Shown here in pieces: positions 62,860 to 64,000 of a stretch of 64,000 nucleotides of DNA. Source of the DNA: Candidatus Limnocylindrales bacterium (GTDB lineage: Bacteria > Chloroflexota > Limnocylindria > Limnocylindrales > CSP1-4). The stretch covers positions 69,876 to 133,875 of the forward strand of contig JBMFSS010000001.1 of the NCBI GenBank assembly GCA_049967415.1, given 5' to 3'. The notes under the pieces were generated by a model. That model ran no database searches. It had not been told where the DNA came from and saw only the letters and a list, made by a program, of their open reading frames with translations. Within the stretch, counting starts at the first letter, position 1. The number at the start of each line of letters is the position of its first letter. Made by a program: the position numbers and the translations under genes.

Positions 62860-63489
62860 GTGGTTCCATCGCGCGCGGAAGCAGCCGACATACTGCTCGA
62901 TCTCGATCCCCCCGAGTGGTTGCTGGCGCACGTCGCCGCCGTCGCGGAGGTCGCATCGTTCCTGGCCGAACGATCCGCGGCGCGCGGCATCGCAGTCGAC
63001 CGGGAACTGGTGGAGGCCGCGGCCCTCCTCCACGACATCGACAAGTTGCTGCCGCCGGACGATCCCGTCCAGGAGCTCGGTCACGGCGCGGCCGGCGCGC
63101 GCTGGCTGAGCCAGCGCGGCTACCCCGAGCTCGCCCGTGCCGTCGCCGCGCACCCGATCACACGCCTTCTCGATGCCGATCGCTACGGCCGATGGAATGG
63201 CGTTGCCACGCGGGAAGAGCGGATCGTGGCCTACGCCGACAAGCGAGCCGGCCAGCGGCTCGAGGCGATGAGCGCCCGTTTTGCGGGCTGGGCGGCACGG
63301 TACCCGGAGTATCGGGAGAGCCTTGCGCGTGCCCGGGCAAGGGCCGAGCGACTGGAGCGCGAAGTGTGCGAGACCGCCGGAGTGAGCCCGCTCGCCGTCC
63401 GACGCCTGCGGTGGGTCGGCCCGACGCTGGACGCTGCGCGCCGGCGACGGGACCCGGCCAGGGCAGCATCCAGCACGGGCCGGCCCTGA
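62860..63489 (+). CDS. HD-domain phosphohydrolase (YqeK-like)
   Basis: 209 aa, ...HVAAVAEVASFLAERSAARGI...AALLHDIDK...RIVAYADKRAG..; HD motif. Confidence 0.75.
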   Translation: MVPSRAEAADILLDLDPPEWLLAHVAAVAEVASFLAERSAARGIAVDRELVEAAALLHDIDKLLPPDDPVQELGHGAAGARWLSQRGYPELARAVAAHPITRLLDADRYGRWNGVATREERIVAYADKRAGQRLEAMSARFAGWAARYPEYRESLARARARAERLEREVCETAGVSPLAVRRLRWVGPTLDAARRRRDPARAASSTGRP

Positions 63490-63527
63490 ACGCCGCTTCC
63501 GGGGCCGAGACCGCCGGATCCACCGCC

Positions 63528-64000
63528 GTGCCGATCCCGGTTGCCTATTTCTGGGGCGACGACGCGCTGTTGTTGCGCCGGGCGGTGGAGCGGTTCGCGC
63601 GCCAGACCGCTCCCGGCGAAGCGCCGCTTGAGCGCTGGCGGGCGAGCCCCCTCGAAGCGCAGGGGTTCGACGCGATTACGCAACGCCTGGGGAGCGCCCC
63701 GCTCTTCGGCGGCGGCCTCTGTGTGGTGATCTCCGAGCCGCTGGCGATGCTGCGATCCCGCGCGGAGCAGGACCGAGCGGTCGCGTTGCTCCCCTGTGTG
63801 GCGCCCGGCAATGCCCTCGTGTTCACCGAACTGGTGGCCAGCGGGGCCGGGGAACCGGGAGCCGCGTCCGGCCGGCTCCGCGCCGCGATCGAGCAGGGCG
63901 GGGGTGTGGTGCGCCGACTCGAGGCGCCTCGGGCCGGCCAGCTGGAACCCTGGGTCGCGCAGCACGCCGCGGACCTTGGAATCCACATCGAGGCAGCGGC
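63528..64000 (+). CDS. holA: DNA polymerase III delta subunit (HolA), N-terminal part; partial at the window end
   Basis: Manual translation VPIPVAYFWGDDALLLRRAVERFARQTAPGEAPLERWRASPLEAQGFDAITQRLGSAPLFGGGLCVVISEPLAM... matches the HolA N-terminal clamp-loader domain. It is in the same frame as comEC and has no stop before the window end. Confidence 0.6.
   Translation, partial: MPIPVAYFWGDDALLLRRAVERFARQTAPGEAPLERWRASPLEAQGFDAITQRLGSAPLFGGGLCVVISEPLAMLRSRAEQDRAVALLPCVAPGNALVFTELVASGAGEPGAASGRLRAAIEQGGGVVRRLEAPRAGQLEPWVAQHAADLGIHIEAA

Overview
This is a ~70% GC bacterial chromosomal segment, probably from a high-GC Gram-positive-like lineage (Actinomycetota- or Chloroflexota-like; phylum not determinable from sequence alone). 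It is densely coding, mostly housekeeping, and shows strong Firmicute/actinobacterial synteny. In window order: (1) pgpH-like (partial) - yqeY - rpsU - HIT - Pat-like acetyltransferase - prmA - dnaJ (all minus strand). (2) dnaK - grpE - hrcA, closed by a perfect CIRCE; dnaJ and dnaK are separated by an opposite-strand MFS gene and an ABC-2 exporter. (3) hemW - CPBP - lepA, then rpsT and gap-pgk. (4) A 1202-aa secreted or anchored protein with a lamin-tail domain plus about seven OB-fold-like repeats. (5) An imuA-imuB / dnaE2 mutasome locus with two Cheo-type LexA boxes, split by an ABC exporter and a lipoprotein, with a small ORF start-stop coupled to imuB. (6) tRNA-Ala(CGC), then hsp20 - hspR behind a HAIR-like inverted repeat. 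(7) A GT4 fusion / GH130 / Rv1086-like Z-prenyl-diphosphate synthase / methyltransferase glyco-lipid cluster. (8) tRNA-Ala(GGC) - leuS - mdh - gltA. (9) A PadR regulator paired with a Gly/Tyr-rich protein, and an F420-type LLM oxidoreductase. (10) comEA - comEC - HD hydrolase - holA (partial). No CRISPR array, transposase or integrase was seen.

The supplied ORF track appears to omit frames that have no stop inside the window. Three genes (the pgpH-like N-terminus, comEC and holA) were therefore recovered by manual translation.

The high GC content produces many long spurious antisense ORFs, which were rejected. Coordinates found by hand counting (CIRCE, LexA boxes, hairpins, tRNAs) may be off by 1-2 nt.
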